Assembly (NCBI GenBank): GCA_037441385.1 | Contig: JBBISH010000026.1 | Coordinates: forward strand, 1-57,870 | Source: Myxococcales bacterium | Lineage (GTDB): Bacteria > Myxococcota_A > UBA9042 | DNA: 57,870 bases | Reading direction: 5' to 3' | Part shown: in pieces, positions 19,268 through 28,802 of the stretch | Position numbering within the stretch: position 1 is the stretch's first letter | Layout: the number at the start of each line of letters is the position of its first letter | The notes under the pieces: model-generated | What the model was told of the DNA's origin: nothing | The model's database searches: none | The model's input: the letters and a program-made list of their open reading frames with translations, nothing else | Made by a program: the position numbers and the translations under genes

Positions 19268-21058
19268 CTAGTCGATCAGTAGCTTCTTGTTTTCGGTCGG
19301 CTTCTTGACCTTGGGCGGCGCTTTGGCCTTGGCGGGCTCGGCAGCTGGGGCCGGTGCCGGGGTCGGCGCGGGGGCCGCAACTGGGGCCGGAGCCGGAGCC
19401 GGCGCGGGGGCCGCCACCGGAGCCGGAGCCGCAACTGGGGCCGGTGCTGGAGCCGCTACCGGAGCCGGCGCGGGTGCCGGAGCCGCAACTGGTGCTGGAG
19501 GCGGCGTTGGTGCCGGCGCGGGCGCCGCCGCGGGCGCCGCTGGTTGTTCGGCGATGGGCGCTGCCGGCGGGGCACTGCGACCCACGAGGAACCAGGCTGC
19601 GACGGCGACCGCGACGACGGCAACCGCCCCCGCCACGATCAGGCCGGTCGAACTCTTGGCTGCAGGGACGTCGGGCGCCTGGGTCCGCAGCGTGTCCCCC
19701 ACATGCACCCCAGAGTTGGCGGCTGGCGCGGCCGGAGCTTGCACGACCGAGGTGGCCGACGCGGCCGGACGGCCTGCCGGGGCGGCGGCGATCACATCCA
19801 GCCCTTTTGTCGCGTTTTCGCTGCCATCTGCGGGCAGGTTTGCGCCGTGCGGCAGTGGCGCAACTGGGCGGGGCGCAGGCCGTTTGGGACCAGGCCGCTG
19901 GCTCGGTGCGGACAAAGCCGAGGCCGCAACTGGCGTGGCCACCGGCGTGGGGACTCGCGACGGCGCGGGAGCGGCCATGGTTGGGGCCGGCGCGGCTTGA
20001 CCAAGTGCCGTAGGTGGCACGCCTTGGCCGCTGCCCATGCCGACGATCGAGCCAGTGCCCGCCAGAGTCGGCTCGTAGCCGGTCAGCTCCGCAGAAGACG
20101 CGGCAGTGAACTCGGTTGCGCTTTCTGCGTCCTGCAATGCCTTGGCCATGGCGATCGCGCTGGGCCAGCGCTGGTCGGCCTGGGTGGCCATGGCTTTGAA
20201 GACCACGTCGCAGAACGCGTCGGGCGTGGGAAGTCGGCAGCGACCGTGCGCGCGCGGCGGCGCCTCGGTGATGCGGCGAATGAGCGTCTCGATGGGGCTT
20301 TCGGCCGGGAACGCCGACATGCCCGTCAGCGCCTCGTACAAGATGCAGCCGATCGCGTAGATGTCGGTCCGCACGTCCACGGCGGTGCCGCGGGCCTGTT
20401 CGGGGCTCATGTATGGGGGCGTGCCCACGATCACGCCTGTGGCGGTCTTGGCACCCAACTCTCCGCCCACCAAAGATTTGGCGATGCCGAAGTCCAGGAC
20501 TTTGACAAAGTCGTCTTCGCCGTGGACGTTCTGCAAGAAGATGTTGTCGGGCTTCAAGTCGCGGTGGACCAAGCCTTTTTCGTGCGCCTCGGCCAGCGAC
20601 TTCAGCACCTGCTGCATGATGCGCGATAAGCGGCGGAACGGCACGGGCCCGGCCTTGGTGAACAGGTCCGTCAACACGCGACCTTCCAAGAACTCCATTG
20701 CGATGAACAGGTCGCCCGAGTCCATCTGCCCAAAGTCGAACACGCGCACCGTGTGCGGCTGCTTCAGCTTGGCGGTGATCGAGGCCTCTTGCTGGAAGCG
20801 CATCGCCATTTCGGGGCTGGCCTGCTGGTCGTTGCGCAGCACCTTGATGGCCACTACGTCGCCGGTACCGGTGTGCACCGCGCGGTAGACCGCACCAAAG
20901 CCGCCTTCGCCAATCAGATCCTGGACGCGGTAGCGGCCGCTGATGACCTGCCCCACCATCGCCTGGGCGCCCACGCCGATGCGGACCGTGACGGTGCCGT
21001 CGTGGGGGCAGGTCTCTTCCTCAGTCACGCGCTGGCATTCTGGGCACACGCGGGGCAT
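19268..21058 (-). CDS. Membrane Ser/Thr protein kinase with N-terminal Cys motif and Pro/Ala-rich tail
   Basis: CPEC..CPHDG N-terminus; IGEGGFGAVY, VAIK, HRDLKPDN, DFGIAK, GTPPYMSPEQ; TM LIVAGAVAVVAVAVAAWFLV; APAP repeats. Confidence 0.95.
   Translation of the reverse strand: MPRVCPECQRVTEEETCPHDGTVTVRIGVGAQAMVGQVISGRYRVQDLIGEGGFGAVYRAVHTGTGDVVAIKVLRNDQQASPEMAMRFQQEASITAKLKQPHTVRVFDFGQMDSGDLFIAMEFLEGRVLTDLFTKAGPVPFRRLSRIMQQVLKSLAEAHEKGLVHRDLKPDNIFLQNVHGEDDFVKVLDFGIAKSLVGGELGAKTATGVIVGTPPYMSPEQARGTAVDVRTDIYAIGCILYEALTGMSAFPAESPIETLIRRITEAPPRAHGRCRLPTPDAFCDVVFKAMATQADQRWPSAIAMAKALQDAESATEFTAASSAELTGYEPTLAGTGSIVGMGSGQGVPPTALGQAAPAPTMAAPAPSRVPTPVATPVAASALSAPSQRPGPKRPAPRPVAPLPHGANLPADGSENATKGLDVIAAAPAGRPAASATSVVQAPAAPAANSGVHVGDTLRTQAPDVPAAKSSTGLIVAGAVAVVAVAVAAWFLVGRSAPPAAPIAEQPAAPAAAPAPAPTPPPAPVAAPAPAPAPVAAPAPAPVAAPAPVAAPAPAPAPAPVAAPAPTPAPAPAAEPAKAKAPPKVKKPTENKKLLID
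19345..19545 (-). repeat. Coding low-complexity repeat (APAPAPVA-like) in kinase tail
   Basis: Degenerate gccgga/gccggc tandem units encoding a Pro-Ala linker. Confidence 0.7.
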
Positions 21059-21186
21059 GCAATTCCTCGGGATCGCTCAGGTCTCCAGGGGATGCGCGGG
21101 ACTGCGCGGCCCTGGCGAGGCCGTCGACCGGGGCATTCTCGCACAACTCGGCGGGCAGCAACAGATCCTTGCGTCGCAGGCAAGTC

Positions 21187-21320
21187 ATGCGGAATCCGCT
21201 TGATTCAGCTCAAAAACGTCGGCACCTCTTCGGGCTCAAATCGGGAGTCTGTCTTGGTTCTCGCTAGTTGCGCAACAGGTCCCAAAGGCCGTTCCGGCGC
21301 GAACCAGGCCGGGAGCGAAT
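21187..21320 (-). repeat. ~135-bp dispersed repeat, copy D (diverged)
   Basis: Reverse complement aligns ungapped to copy A at roughly two-thirds identity (manual count); keeps ttcgcgcc, gcaac-t-gcgagaa and gcccgaag cores. Confidence 0.75.
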
Positions 21321-21397
21321 CCTGCGGGGCGCAACTGCCTCGCCCGCAGGCTACCGGCGCCACTGGCAGCCAATCTCGGACTGCCTCCGTGCCGCAA

Positions 21398-22414
21398 TCA
21401 GAACGAACCCGCCAAGGCTAGCCCGCCGACTGAAGGCACTACATGCCACTGCGCGGTCTTGGCCGGCGCCTGCGGGCCCAAGAAAAAGCCGCCGATCGCC
21501 CCACCCACGCCCAGGGCCGTCAAGCCAATTCCAGCGTAGTACAGAGTGTCCGAATCCGCGCGCCGGTCGCGGTAGGTCGCATAGTTGATCGTGTGCGCCT
21601 TGAAGTCGTCGTTCGAGGCGTTGGTCTGGCCAGCCGCCACCGCCATCAGCGAGACACCCCCGGCCAGAACCAAAGCGCTGGCCCCCCAAACCGCGTACTG
21701 CACAGTATGGCTGGGCTCGGCCTGCTGCGTCACGGCGGGCGTCTTGACGGTGGCCGCGGCCTGCATCGCCTGGACCTGCTCGCGGAGTTTCCGCATGTGA
21801 TCATCCACATAGCGCTTGCCTGACTCGTCGGGAGTCGCGACGCGCACCACCTCCCAGAGCTCGATGGCCCGCTCCAGCGACTTGACGTCGCCCAGCGCCT
21901 CGTACGCCTTGGCCGCTTCGTCTTCCAGGCGCGCTTGCGGGTACTTGCGAGTCGCCTGGTCCAGCGCTGCGGCCCGCTCGGCCGGTGTGGCGGACTTTAG
22001 CTTGGCTACGTTTGCCTTGGCGGACTGGGCCAGCTCGGCGTCCGTTTCGATCTCCAAGTAACGGGTGAGCAGCTTGAGGGCCCGATCGTAGAAGCCAACC
22101 TCTTGCCAAGCGCGGCCGGCATAGCGCAATACGCGGAAATCCTTGGCATCCAGCGCGTAAGCCTTCTCAAAGGCCTGAGCAGCGTCTAGGAACTGACCTT
22201 TCTTGAACAAATCTGCGCCCTTGACTGCTAGGGCCTTGCTCTCGTCGGTGGCACTCAGGGCTGCCGCGGCCGGCCGGGCCAGCAAAGACCCCGCGGCCAT
22301 CCCGAGCAGAACGACCCCTGACAACCACGCAGCCAACCAGCGGGCGCGGGCGCCGCCATGCCGTCCGGTCGAATTCCCATTGCGGCGCCAGGGATAACGA
22401 ATGTGCCAAGCCAT
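21398..22414 (-). CDS. TPR-containing exported protein with C-terminal hydrophobic segments
   Basis: Signal-like N-terminus; TPR pattern GADLFKKGQFLDAAQAFEKAYALD; two Gly-rich hydrophobic helices and VVPSVGGLALAGSF tail; GAGG RBS. Confidence 0.8.
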   Translation of the reverse strand: MAWHIRYPWRRNGNSTGRHGGARARWLAAWLSGVVLLGMAAGSLLARPAAAALSATDESKALAVKGADLFKKGQFLDAAQAFEKAYALDAKDFRVLRYAGRAWQEVGFYDRALKLLTRYLEIETDAELAQSAKANVAKLKSATPAERAAALDQATRKYPQARLEDEAAKAYEALGDVKSLERAIELWEVVRVATPDESGKRYVDDHMRKLREQVQAMQAAATVKTPAVTQQAEPSHTVQYAVWGASALVLAGGVSLMAVAAGQTNASNDDFKAHTINYATYRDRRADSDTLYYAGIGLTALGVGGAIGGFFLGPQAPAKTAQWHVVPSVGGLALAGSF

Positions 22415-22528
22415 CTCATCAACCTCTGGCGCGAGTCTAGCAAGTTGTGGTCCCCCGTGCGAGTGCCGCAGCGCTCGCGGACCACCCACGCGGACACAGC
22501 CGTGACTCAAGCGGATTTTCGCACATTG

Positions 22529-23857
22529 TCATGGATTTGACCGGGTCGGCGTGGCCGGCGCCGCAGGCTCAACAGCATCGTCGTCGGGCGCTTGCGGTGC
22601 CGAAGCCGGGGTGGCCGGCGCCTGCTTGTTGGACCGCAGATCGGCTAGCGGCAGAGCCAGCTCTTGGGCGCGCCGGGCGCGCACCTCCAAAAGCTTTTGT
22701 AGTCGACTCCGCAACTTGGCCGTGGCCGCTGGCGGTGCCGTTTTCTCGGCGCGATCGACCTCTACTGCCGCTTGATCCAGGTCACCGGTCTCGAGCCACA
22801 ATTCGGCCAGTCGCAGCGGCCCGCCCACCAGCGAAGGCAGAGCGCGCACACCCGGGCGCAGCTTGGGCCAGGCGCTAGAGGGCGGCGCGATCAGCGCCAC
22901 TTTGCCGCGGAAGCGCGGCAGCGGCTCGACCAGTTCCACCCCGCGGACACTGACACCCAGCCAGCGCATCCCATCGGGCGCCGCCGCCGGAGTTGGCCAC
23001 GGTTGATCGCCGCGAACCGTGTCCACCCCGTCGGGCAGATTCCATTCGTTCCACGCGCCATCCTGCCGATAAAAGCGAGTGCCGACACGATACTTGCAGG
23101 CTCCTTCTGCCCTCTTGGGGTAGTGAAGCGCCAGGCCCTGGCTGTCGCGCATCCAGTCGATTTGGAAGGCGCCGACGGGCAGGGCCGTCTTGCTGATGGT
23201 GGTGCCGCCGGCGCCAAACTGCGCTTCGGCCTGCAGCGCCGGACCGACGATGCTCACCTTGGTTTTGGTGTTCGGCGATACCGACCGGGTGCGCGGCGTG
23301 CGCTGATCATCCGGCCAACCTTCGCGCGCTTCCAGCCGCGGTGCCGAGCCGTCGAAACCCCGGTGCAGCACGACGCGGCGCGGTGCCGTCCAGTTGCTGC
23401 AACCCCTTGCCGCCACGGGTCCTTGCGGCTTGGCCAAGATCGCCGCCACGCCGTACTGATCGGTGGGGCCGACCCCAACCGCATCCACGACTTGTTCGCC
23501 AGCTTGAATGGGCAGCTTGCCCAAGGGCACCACTTTGCCGGCGTCGGGATCGATGGCGACAGCTTCGCCGCCGCTCGTCACGGCATACAACCACACGCCA
23601 TCGGGCGAGAACGCGAGCGCGGCCACCCCTGGGCGCTCCCAAAGTCGGCGCCGCTCAAGGGTAAATGCATTGGTAATCAGCACTTTGTTGCCGTCGCTGC
23701 TCGCCACCTCCACCTTGTAGGGCGCGGTCTGGATCAGGCGCGCGGTGGCATCGGCCTTGGGCGGCTCGGCCTGAGCCTGCACGGCCGCGACGGTCGCAGT
23801 GATGGCCAAGACCACCCCGGACCACGCCGGCAGGGACATACGGGCAAGAACGTGCAT
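22529..23857 (-). CDS. Hypothetical exported protein with beta-propeller-like segment
   Basis: Signal peptide ..VQAQA; ALAFSPDGVWLYAV motif. Confidence 0.7.
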   Translation of the reverse strand: MHVLARMSLPAWSGVVLAITATVAAVQAQAEPPKADATARLIQTAPYKVEVASSDGNKVLITNAFTLERRRLWERPGVAALAFSPDGVWLYAVTSGGEAVAIDPDAGKVVPLGKLPIQAGEQVVDAVGVGPTDQYGVAAILAKPQGPVAARGCSNWTAPRRVVLHRGFDGSAPRLEAREGWPDDQRTPRTRSVSPNTKTKVSIVGPALQAEAQFGAGGTTISKTALPVGAFQIDWMRDSQGLALHYPKRAEGACKYRVGTRFYRQDGAWNEWNLPDGVDTVRGDQPWPTPAAAPDGMRWLGVSVRGVELVEPLPRFRGKVALIAPPSSAWPKLRPGVRALPSLVGGPLRLAELWLETGDLDQAAVEVDRAEKTAPPAATAKLRSRLQKLLEVRARRAQELALPLADLRSNKQAPATPASAPQAPDDDAVEPAAPATPTRSNP

Positions 23858-23906
23858 TTGAACCTGTGTGCTCGTCCTAAGGGGAGCGGGACGATGGTTG
23901 CAACGA

Positions 23907-24045
23907 TGTTATACCGGTTCCGTTCGAATCGCATCGAAAACTCGGGCAATTCCCAGGGCCCGAACCGGGGTCCCCGCCTGATTCTCGCCAGTTGCACAAC
24001 GGGTCAGAAGAAGCGCACTGGCGTGAATCAGGTGGGGTGCGTATT
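23907..24045 (-). repeat. ~135-bp dispersed repeat, copy C
   Basis: Reverse complement differs from copy A at about 17 of 135 positions (manual count), no indels. Confidence 0.92.
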
Positions 24046-24165
24046 GGGGTCTGTCTCGAAACAAGTCGATCACTTCCGAACGCCGCTGCGGCGAATCGGC
24101 CCAAAGGCCGTGAGCTTGCGGCCCACCCAGCAGCCGAAATGCTCAAGTTAACTCATTACAGAGCC

Positions 24166-27100
24166 TTACTTGGGCCAGGGCGGGTCGAAGCCCGGCTGCG
24201 GCGTTCCCGACGAGGGTTGCTGCTGCCCACTGGGAATCCACGGCGGCTCCTCGGTGCTGCGGACCATGTAGGCCCACGAGCGCCAGCCCGCCGACGATAG
24301 CCCCTTGAAGGTGAAATTGTCGACGTCGAGTCCGGTATTGTAGATGCGCCACAGGCGCACGTAGGCCGTGCCGGTCGGCAGCGGCGAGTCCACACCAAAC
24401 GCAGTAAAATCAGGAAGCTCAACCACCGTGACGTTGCCGCGCACCAGCATCTCCCAGCGCGTTTGGTAGTTGTCGTCGGCTAGGCGGAGCATGTTCAAGG
24501 TTGGGTCGATGCCCGGTTTGGCCGTCCACACGACCCGCCCGGTGCCCGTGGGGCCACTCAAGCTCTGGCCCGGAGCAGGCAATTGCAGAAGCGGCATCTC
24601 GAGGTACGGGCCCATCACCAGCACCGGCACGCCCACTGCCACGTGGTCACCGTCAAAGGTGGGCAGCACGCCGCGCAAGTCGACCCGCAAATCTTTGGGC
24701 GAACGATCGATCACCGCGCCCGTTGCGCTGATCTGTAGCCAGGTTCCGCGCCCACCCACCGCAAAAACACCTTGACCGTCGGCAAGTTGAATAGCCTGCA
24801 GACTCTGGGTCGTGCCGCTGGTGATGGTCTGCATCTTGGCGCCGTTCCAGTGGCCCAAGTAGCCGTGATCTCCGCAGAGCCACACATCGCTGTCGCTGGT
24901 GCCGGTCACGCTGTTCAAGCTGAGCCAGGTGCCGGAAGGCAAGGTCTGGAATTGCGCAGTCGGCGTAGGGGCCCCCGGCACGGTGGCGGGAGTCCATGTC
25001 GCCCGGATGAGGTTGCCCTCGTCGCCCGCCAAGTACAGATTGCCGCTCGGTGCGTGCCAAGCTGACCGAATTTGCTTGGGTGGCGGGGTCGGGTCGTACT
25101 TGCCTGGCATGGTCCCCGGTTGCCACGGCCCGGCCACGCCGGTCCAACTGCTGCCGTCCCAGTGCCACAACTGCGAACCCGCGTCGACGGCCCAGGCGTC
25201 GTCGTGCGCGCGCCCCGCCAGTGCGACGATGGTGCGCGTGCCAAGGCGCCCCCACAGCTTCCACCCCAGGTCGGCGTGGCGCGCGATGTAGCCCTCTTCG
25301 CCGCCCACCCAGCCATCGCCGGTCACGTCGCCGGGCAGCCACACGGCGCGCCAGGTCAGCGGCGACGGGCTGGGCTGTTCGGTAAAATTGCCGCCAGTCC
25401 AGTGAACGATGCGTCCCTGTTCGCCCACCGCCACGCGCAGGTCCGCGGCGCTGGCTGTCGCCAGCAAAACCCCCACGCCACCTTCACTTTCGCTTGCCGC
25501 GGCCTGGCCCACAGTGAGCACCGCATAGCGGTCCAGGCCGCGCGGATCCAGGCCCGGCGACTGCGACAGACTGAGCGGCGGGCCACCGTAGGGCTGCGAC
25601 AGCCCACCATAGAACTCGTAGCGCAGGTTGCCGTTTTTGCCCGACCACAGCGACGGCGCGGGCTGGCGCGCCAGCACCAACGTATCGGTCACCTGATAGG
25701 TCGTCGTCGTGCCCAGCGGCAGGTAGCCTTCCGACCCCAGGTCCAGGCCCGCTACGACATAGCGCTGCCCGGTCGCCTCGGCACCCATGGGAATGTGGTC
25801 CAACTTGACGCGGATGCTGCGGTCCATCGGCACATTCACTGCGACCACTACGCCGTCGATCGCATCGCCGGGCACCAGGAACAGGCCGCGGGTCAGACCT
25901 AGACTCAGTGGAACAAATTCACCAGTGCTTTTGTCTACATAGCCGGCCTTGCAGATCACGGCCGTGTCGCCGGGCGTGACTTCGACCGTAAAGTGGCCGC
26001 CTTCGTCGGCGGTTCCAAAGGGCGAGTTGGGAGCGCCCCCGCCAATCCACGGACTGGCGCCTTCGCAGCGGACTTCGCGCTTGCCGACGCTGGGAACGCA
26101 ACGCAAATGCGCGTCCGTCAAATCGTTCCCCACAGCGCGGCATTCAAAGTCGCTGGGGCAGTCGCTGGCGTTGCTGCAGATCGCCGCGCAAAATTTGGCC
26201 GAATCGCCGGTGCTTCCCGGTGCGCTGACCATCAGCGGGGCGCGCAATTGCTCGCAAGTGGCCTGACCCAAGCAGTCGTTGTCCACCGTACAGGGCGCGC
26301 AATTGCCGGCAACGGCGGCTTGACCTTTGCAGGTGCCCATAGGGTATTGCGTGTACTTGGCGGCGTCGATCACGGTGCCGGTGACCGTCGCGGGCAGTGG
26401 TTTGGGGTCGTCGTTGTTCGGCGGCCCCTGGCCGCTTGAGGTCGTCACCGCGGCCAAACGGATCGTCACGTTCTCTACGCCCAGCGCGATCACCGAGCCG
26501 GCCGTCCACCCCGTCTTGCTCGCGTGCACGTGCAGCGGCCCGGTCAGGTTCGGGAGCGACAAGGTCACCTGGCCGTTGCCGTTGGTCTTGCCGACCACGG
26601 CCTTCTTGGGATCGCTGCCAATCGCGACGGTGGCGTCGGGCACCACGCCGATCTGGCCCTTTTGCAGCACCGTGACATTGACGGCGCCATCAATCGGCTC
26701 GCCCCAGGTGCCGATGTCGCCAGAAGAAGGATCGAAGTAGGTGAAGGCCTTGGCATGATCGACCTCTAGCCCCGAGTCGAACCGCACATGCAGCGAAGCC
26801 GGGCCCGCCTTGCCGGGCGGGGTCTTGAAGCGCACCGCGCCGCCGCCCAGGTCCTGCCAACTCGTCACTGACGTTCCGCCCAGCTGCAGGCCGTTCATGT
26901 GGTCCAGGCTACTGCCCACCAGCGTGACGATCGTGCCGCCGGCGATCGCGCCGCGTCCGGGAACTACGCCCAGCACGGACGGAATCGGGTCAAAGAACGT
27001 ACACGCATTGACCAACAAGGCCTCGCTGCCGTCGGCGAACCGCACCAGCACGTCGGCCGGCCCTGGGCTTCCTGCGGGCGCCTGAACCGCCACCGCGCGA

Positions 27101-28611
27101 TCGGCACCCGTAGCCGTGGGGACCACCCCCGAAACACTTGCCGAATCCTGCAGATGCGAGGCCTGGAGCGCGCCGATCCGCACCGCTGTGACGGCGCCGT
27201 GGCCGTTGCTCGCCTGCAATTGCACCGTCACGGGCGTGCCCCCGGCCGAACTCACCTGCGTCGGCGTCACGGCAAGGACCTTGGGCTTGGCCGCGGTGTA
27301 CGAAAACGCTTTGGTTTTGCTCAAGGCAATGCCGTTGACTTCGACCTGAACGTCAACGACCGCCGGCTCTGCCCAGGGCGGCGGTTGGACTTGCAGCGAG
27401 GCTCCAGCGTGGGCCGACGGCGGTCCATTCTGGACCCCCAGCACCTTTGCCACCACACCGCCAAAACGAACAGTCATGCCAGTGACTTGTTTGTCGTCAA
27501 ACTGACCGGACACCGCGACCGTTGCGGGCTGCAGCAGATTGAGCGGTTGCGCCGCCGGCGACACGCCCAGTACGGCCGTGGCCACGGAACCGTCGACGTA
27601 GTAGAAGCAGTCGGTCAAGGTACTTGCGCCGTCTGCCGTGGCCACCTGCACGCTCCAGGTGCCGGGCTGGGCCTGGGCCGGCGGTTCGACCACCAACGCA
27701 GTGCCATTGGCCGCACTTGCGATGACCGGCCTGCTGATCGCCAAGTCCCCCTGCAGCCACTTGACTTGCAGTCCTTTGCCGGTCAGGCCCGTCCCGCGCA
27801 GTGTGACCTGCACCCCACCGGCCAGCGGCACGGTCGCCGGGTCGACTTGCTGCAATTGCGGCGGCGCGCGATACCAGAACGCTTGGGGCAACTTGGCTTG
27901 CCCGTCGCCGTTCACCGCAAAGACGTTGATTTTCCCTGGGCTTCCGGGCGGGCTCAACAGCGCCGCGGTGTGCTCGTCGTAGATCACCGTTGCCAGGGCC
28001 TGCCGGTCGCCGAACACAAAGCGCGTACCGGGCACAAACCCGCTCCCCGTCACGGTTACGGCCGTGCCGCCGCTTGCCGGCCCCTGCGCCGGTGACAAGC
28101 TGCTGAGGCCCACCTCGGCCAGATATCGGTAGGCGCCTTGCAGGGTTGCGTCAGGCTGGCCCGTCGAACGTACCGTCACGTCGACGACGCCGGCGGGCTG
28201 GGGCGGCACGGTGACTTGCAGGGTGTTGTCGTCGATGACAAACACGCTGAGCGCCGGGCTGGGCCCAAACAGCACCTGCCAAGCCTGCCCCAAGTGGTGG
28301 CCGGTGATCGTGGCAATTTGCGTGCCGCCGCTGGGGCCCTCGTCGGGGTCGACTTTGCCGATCACGGGCACAGTGCCGACTTTCTTGGTATCGGCCTGGC
28401 CGCTACTGTCGCCGCTCGGGACATCGCCCGCGCTGACATCACCGGCGTCCGAGCCGGCGCTGGCCTGGATCGTGGCCGGCTTGTCGCTGCCAGCGCATCC
28501 GTGCAACCATAGAACAGCAATCAGGAATGCTGGCAAAGCCGCCGGCCGCCAGCCGCGCCGCGCCCGCAGATTCCCACAGCCACAGGTTGTAGTGCTCCAG
28601 CCTCGCTGCAA
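24166..28611 (-). CDS. Large IPT/TIG repeat lipoprotein (start uncertain; TTG 28611 chosen)
   Basis: Lipobox-like LHGC; several P..GP.SGGT.VT.TG IPT/TIG units; Cys-rich module; Trp-containing propeller-like repeats (DAWAVD, DVWLCG, VFAVG). Confidence 0.8.
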   Translation of the reverse strand: MQRGWSTTTCGCGNLRARRGWRPAALPAFLIAVLWLHGCAGSDKPATIQASAGSDAGDVSAGDVPSGDSSGQADTKKVGTVPVIGKVDPDEGPSGGTQIATITGHHLGQAWQVLFGPSPALSVFVIDDNTLQVTVPPQPAGVVDVTVRSTGQPDATLQGAYRYLAEVGLSSLSPAQGPASGGTAVTVTGSGFVPGTRFVFGDRQALATVIYDEHTAALLSPPGSPGKINVFAVNGDGQAKLPQAFWYRAPPQLQQVDPATVPLAGGVQVTLRGTGLTGKGLQVKWLQGDLAISRPVIASAANGTALVVEPPAQAQPGTWSVQVATADGASTLTDCFYYVDGSVATAVLGVSPAAQPLNLLQPATVAVSGQFDDKQVTGMTVRFGGVVAKVLGVQNGPPSAHAGASLQVQPPPWAEPAVVDVQVEVNGIALSKTKAFSYTAAKPKVLAVTPTQVSSAGGTPVTVQLQASNGHGAVTAVRIGALQASHLQDSASVSGVVPTATGADRAVAVQAPAGSPGPADVLVRFADGSEALLVNACTFFDPIPSVLGVVPGRGAIAGGTIVTLVGSSLDHMNGLQLGGTSVTSWQDLGGGAVRFKTPPGKAGPASLHVRFDSGLEVDHAKAFTYFDPSSGDIGTWGEPIDGAVNVTVLQKGQIGVVPDATVAIGSDPKKAVVGKTNGNGQVTLSLPNLTGPLHVHASKTGWTAGSVIALGVENVTIRLAAVTTSSGQGPPNNDDPKPLPATVTGTVIDAAKYTQYPMGTCKGQAAVAGNCAPCTVDNDCLGQATCEQLRAPLMVSAPGSTGDSAKFCAAICSNASDCPSDFECRAVGNDLTDAHLRCVPSVGKREVRCEGASPWIGGGAPNSPFGTADEGGHFTVEVTPGDTAVICKAGYVDKSTGEFVPLSLGLTRGLFLVPGDAIDGVVVAVNVPMDRSIRVKLDHIPMGAEATGQRYVVAGLDLGSEGYLPLGTTTTYQVTDTLVLARQPAPSLWSGKNGNLRYEFYGGLSQPYGGPPLSLSQSPGLDPRGLDRYAVLTVGQAAASESEGGVGVLLATASAADLRVAVGEQGRIVHWTGGNFTEQPSPSPLTWRAVWLPGDVTGDGWVGGEEGYIARHADLGWKLWGRLGTRTIVALAGRAHDDAWAVDAGSQLWHWDGSSWTGVAGPWQPGTMPGKYDPTPPPKQIRSAWHAPSGNLYLAGDEGNLIRATWTPATVPGAPTPTAQFQTLPSGTWLSLNSVTGTSDSDVWLCGDHGYLGHWNGAKMQTITSGTTQSLQAIQLADGQGVFAVGGRGTWLQISATGAVIDRSPKDLRVDLRGVLPTFDGDHVAVGVPVLVMGPYLEMPLLQLPAPGQSLSGPTGTGRVVWTAKPGIDPTLNMLRLADDNYQTRWEMLVRGNVTVVELPDFTAFGVDSPLPTGTAYVRLWRIYNTGLDVDNFTFKGLSSAGWRSWAYMVRSTEEPPWIPSGQQQPSSGTPQPGFDPPWPK

Positions 28612-28802
28612 CTTCTGACCTGCCCACTGGCGCTGCGCCGCGTTGCAGAGTAGCAGACCCTGCGGCCGGCGCCACGCCCAAGCGCAGTCGCGCGCAGCCA
28701 ACGCCCTGCGGTCACCGAGTTGTCGCGCGCGCACCGCCTCACTTGCGGCGGCGGCCGCTTGTGCGCAATCCTCTTGCGCCCCTTTGGGTAGGCGAGGTCG
28801 CA

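Noticed and set aside
12466..24045. Reading the 135-bp repeat as a conserved peptide (TPPDSR..CNWRESGGDP..GP.NCP)
   Set aside because: No shared start or stop, substitutions are not biased to synonymous sites, and compensatory changes point to nucleic-acid structure.
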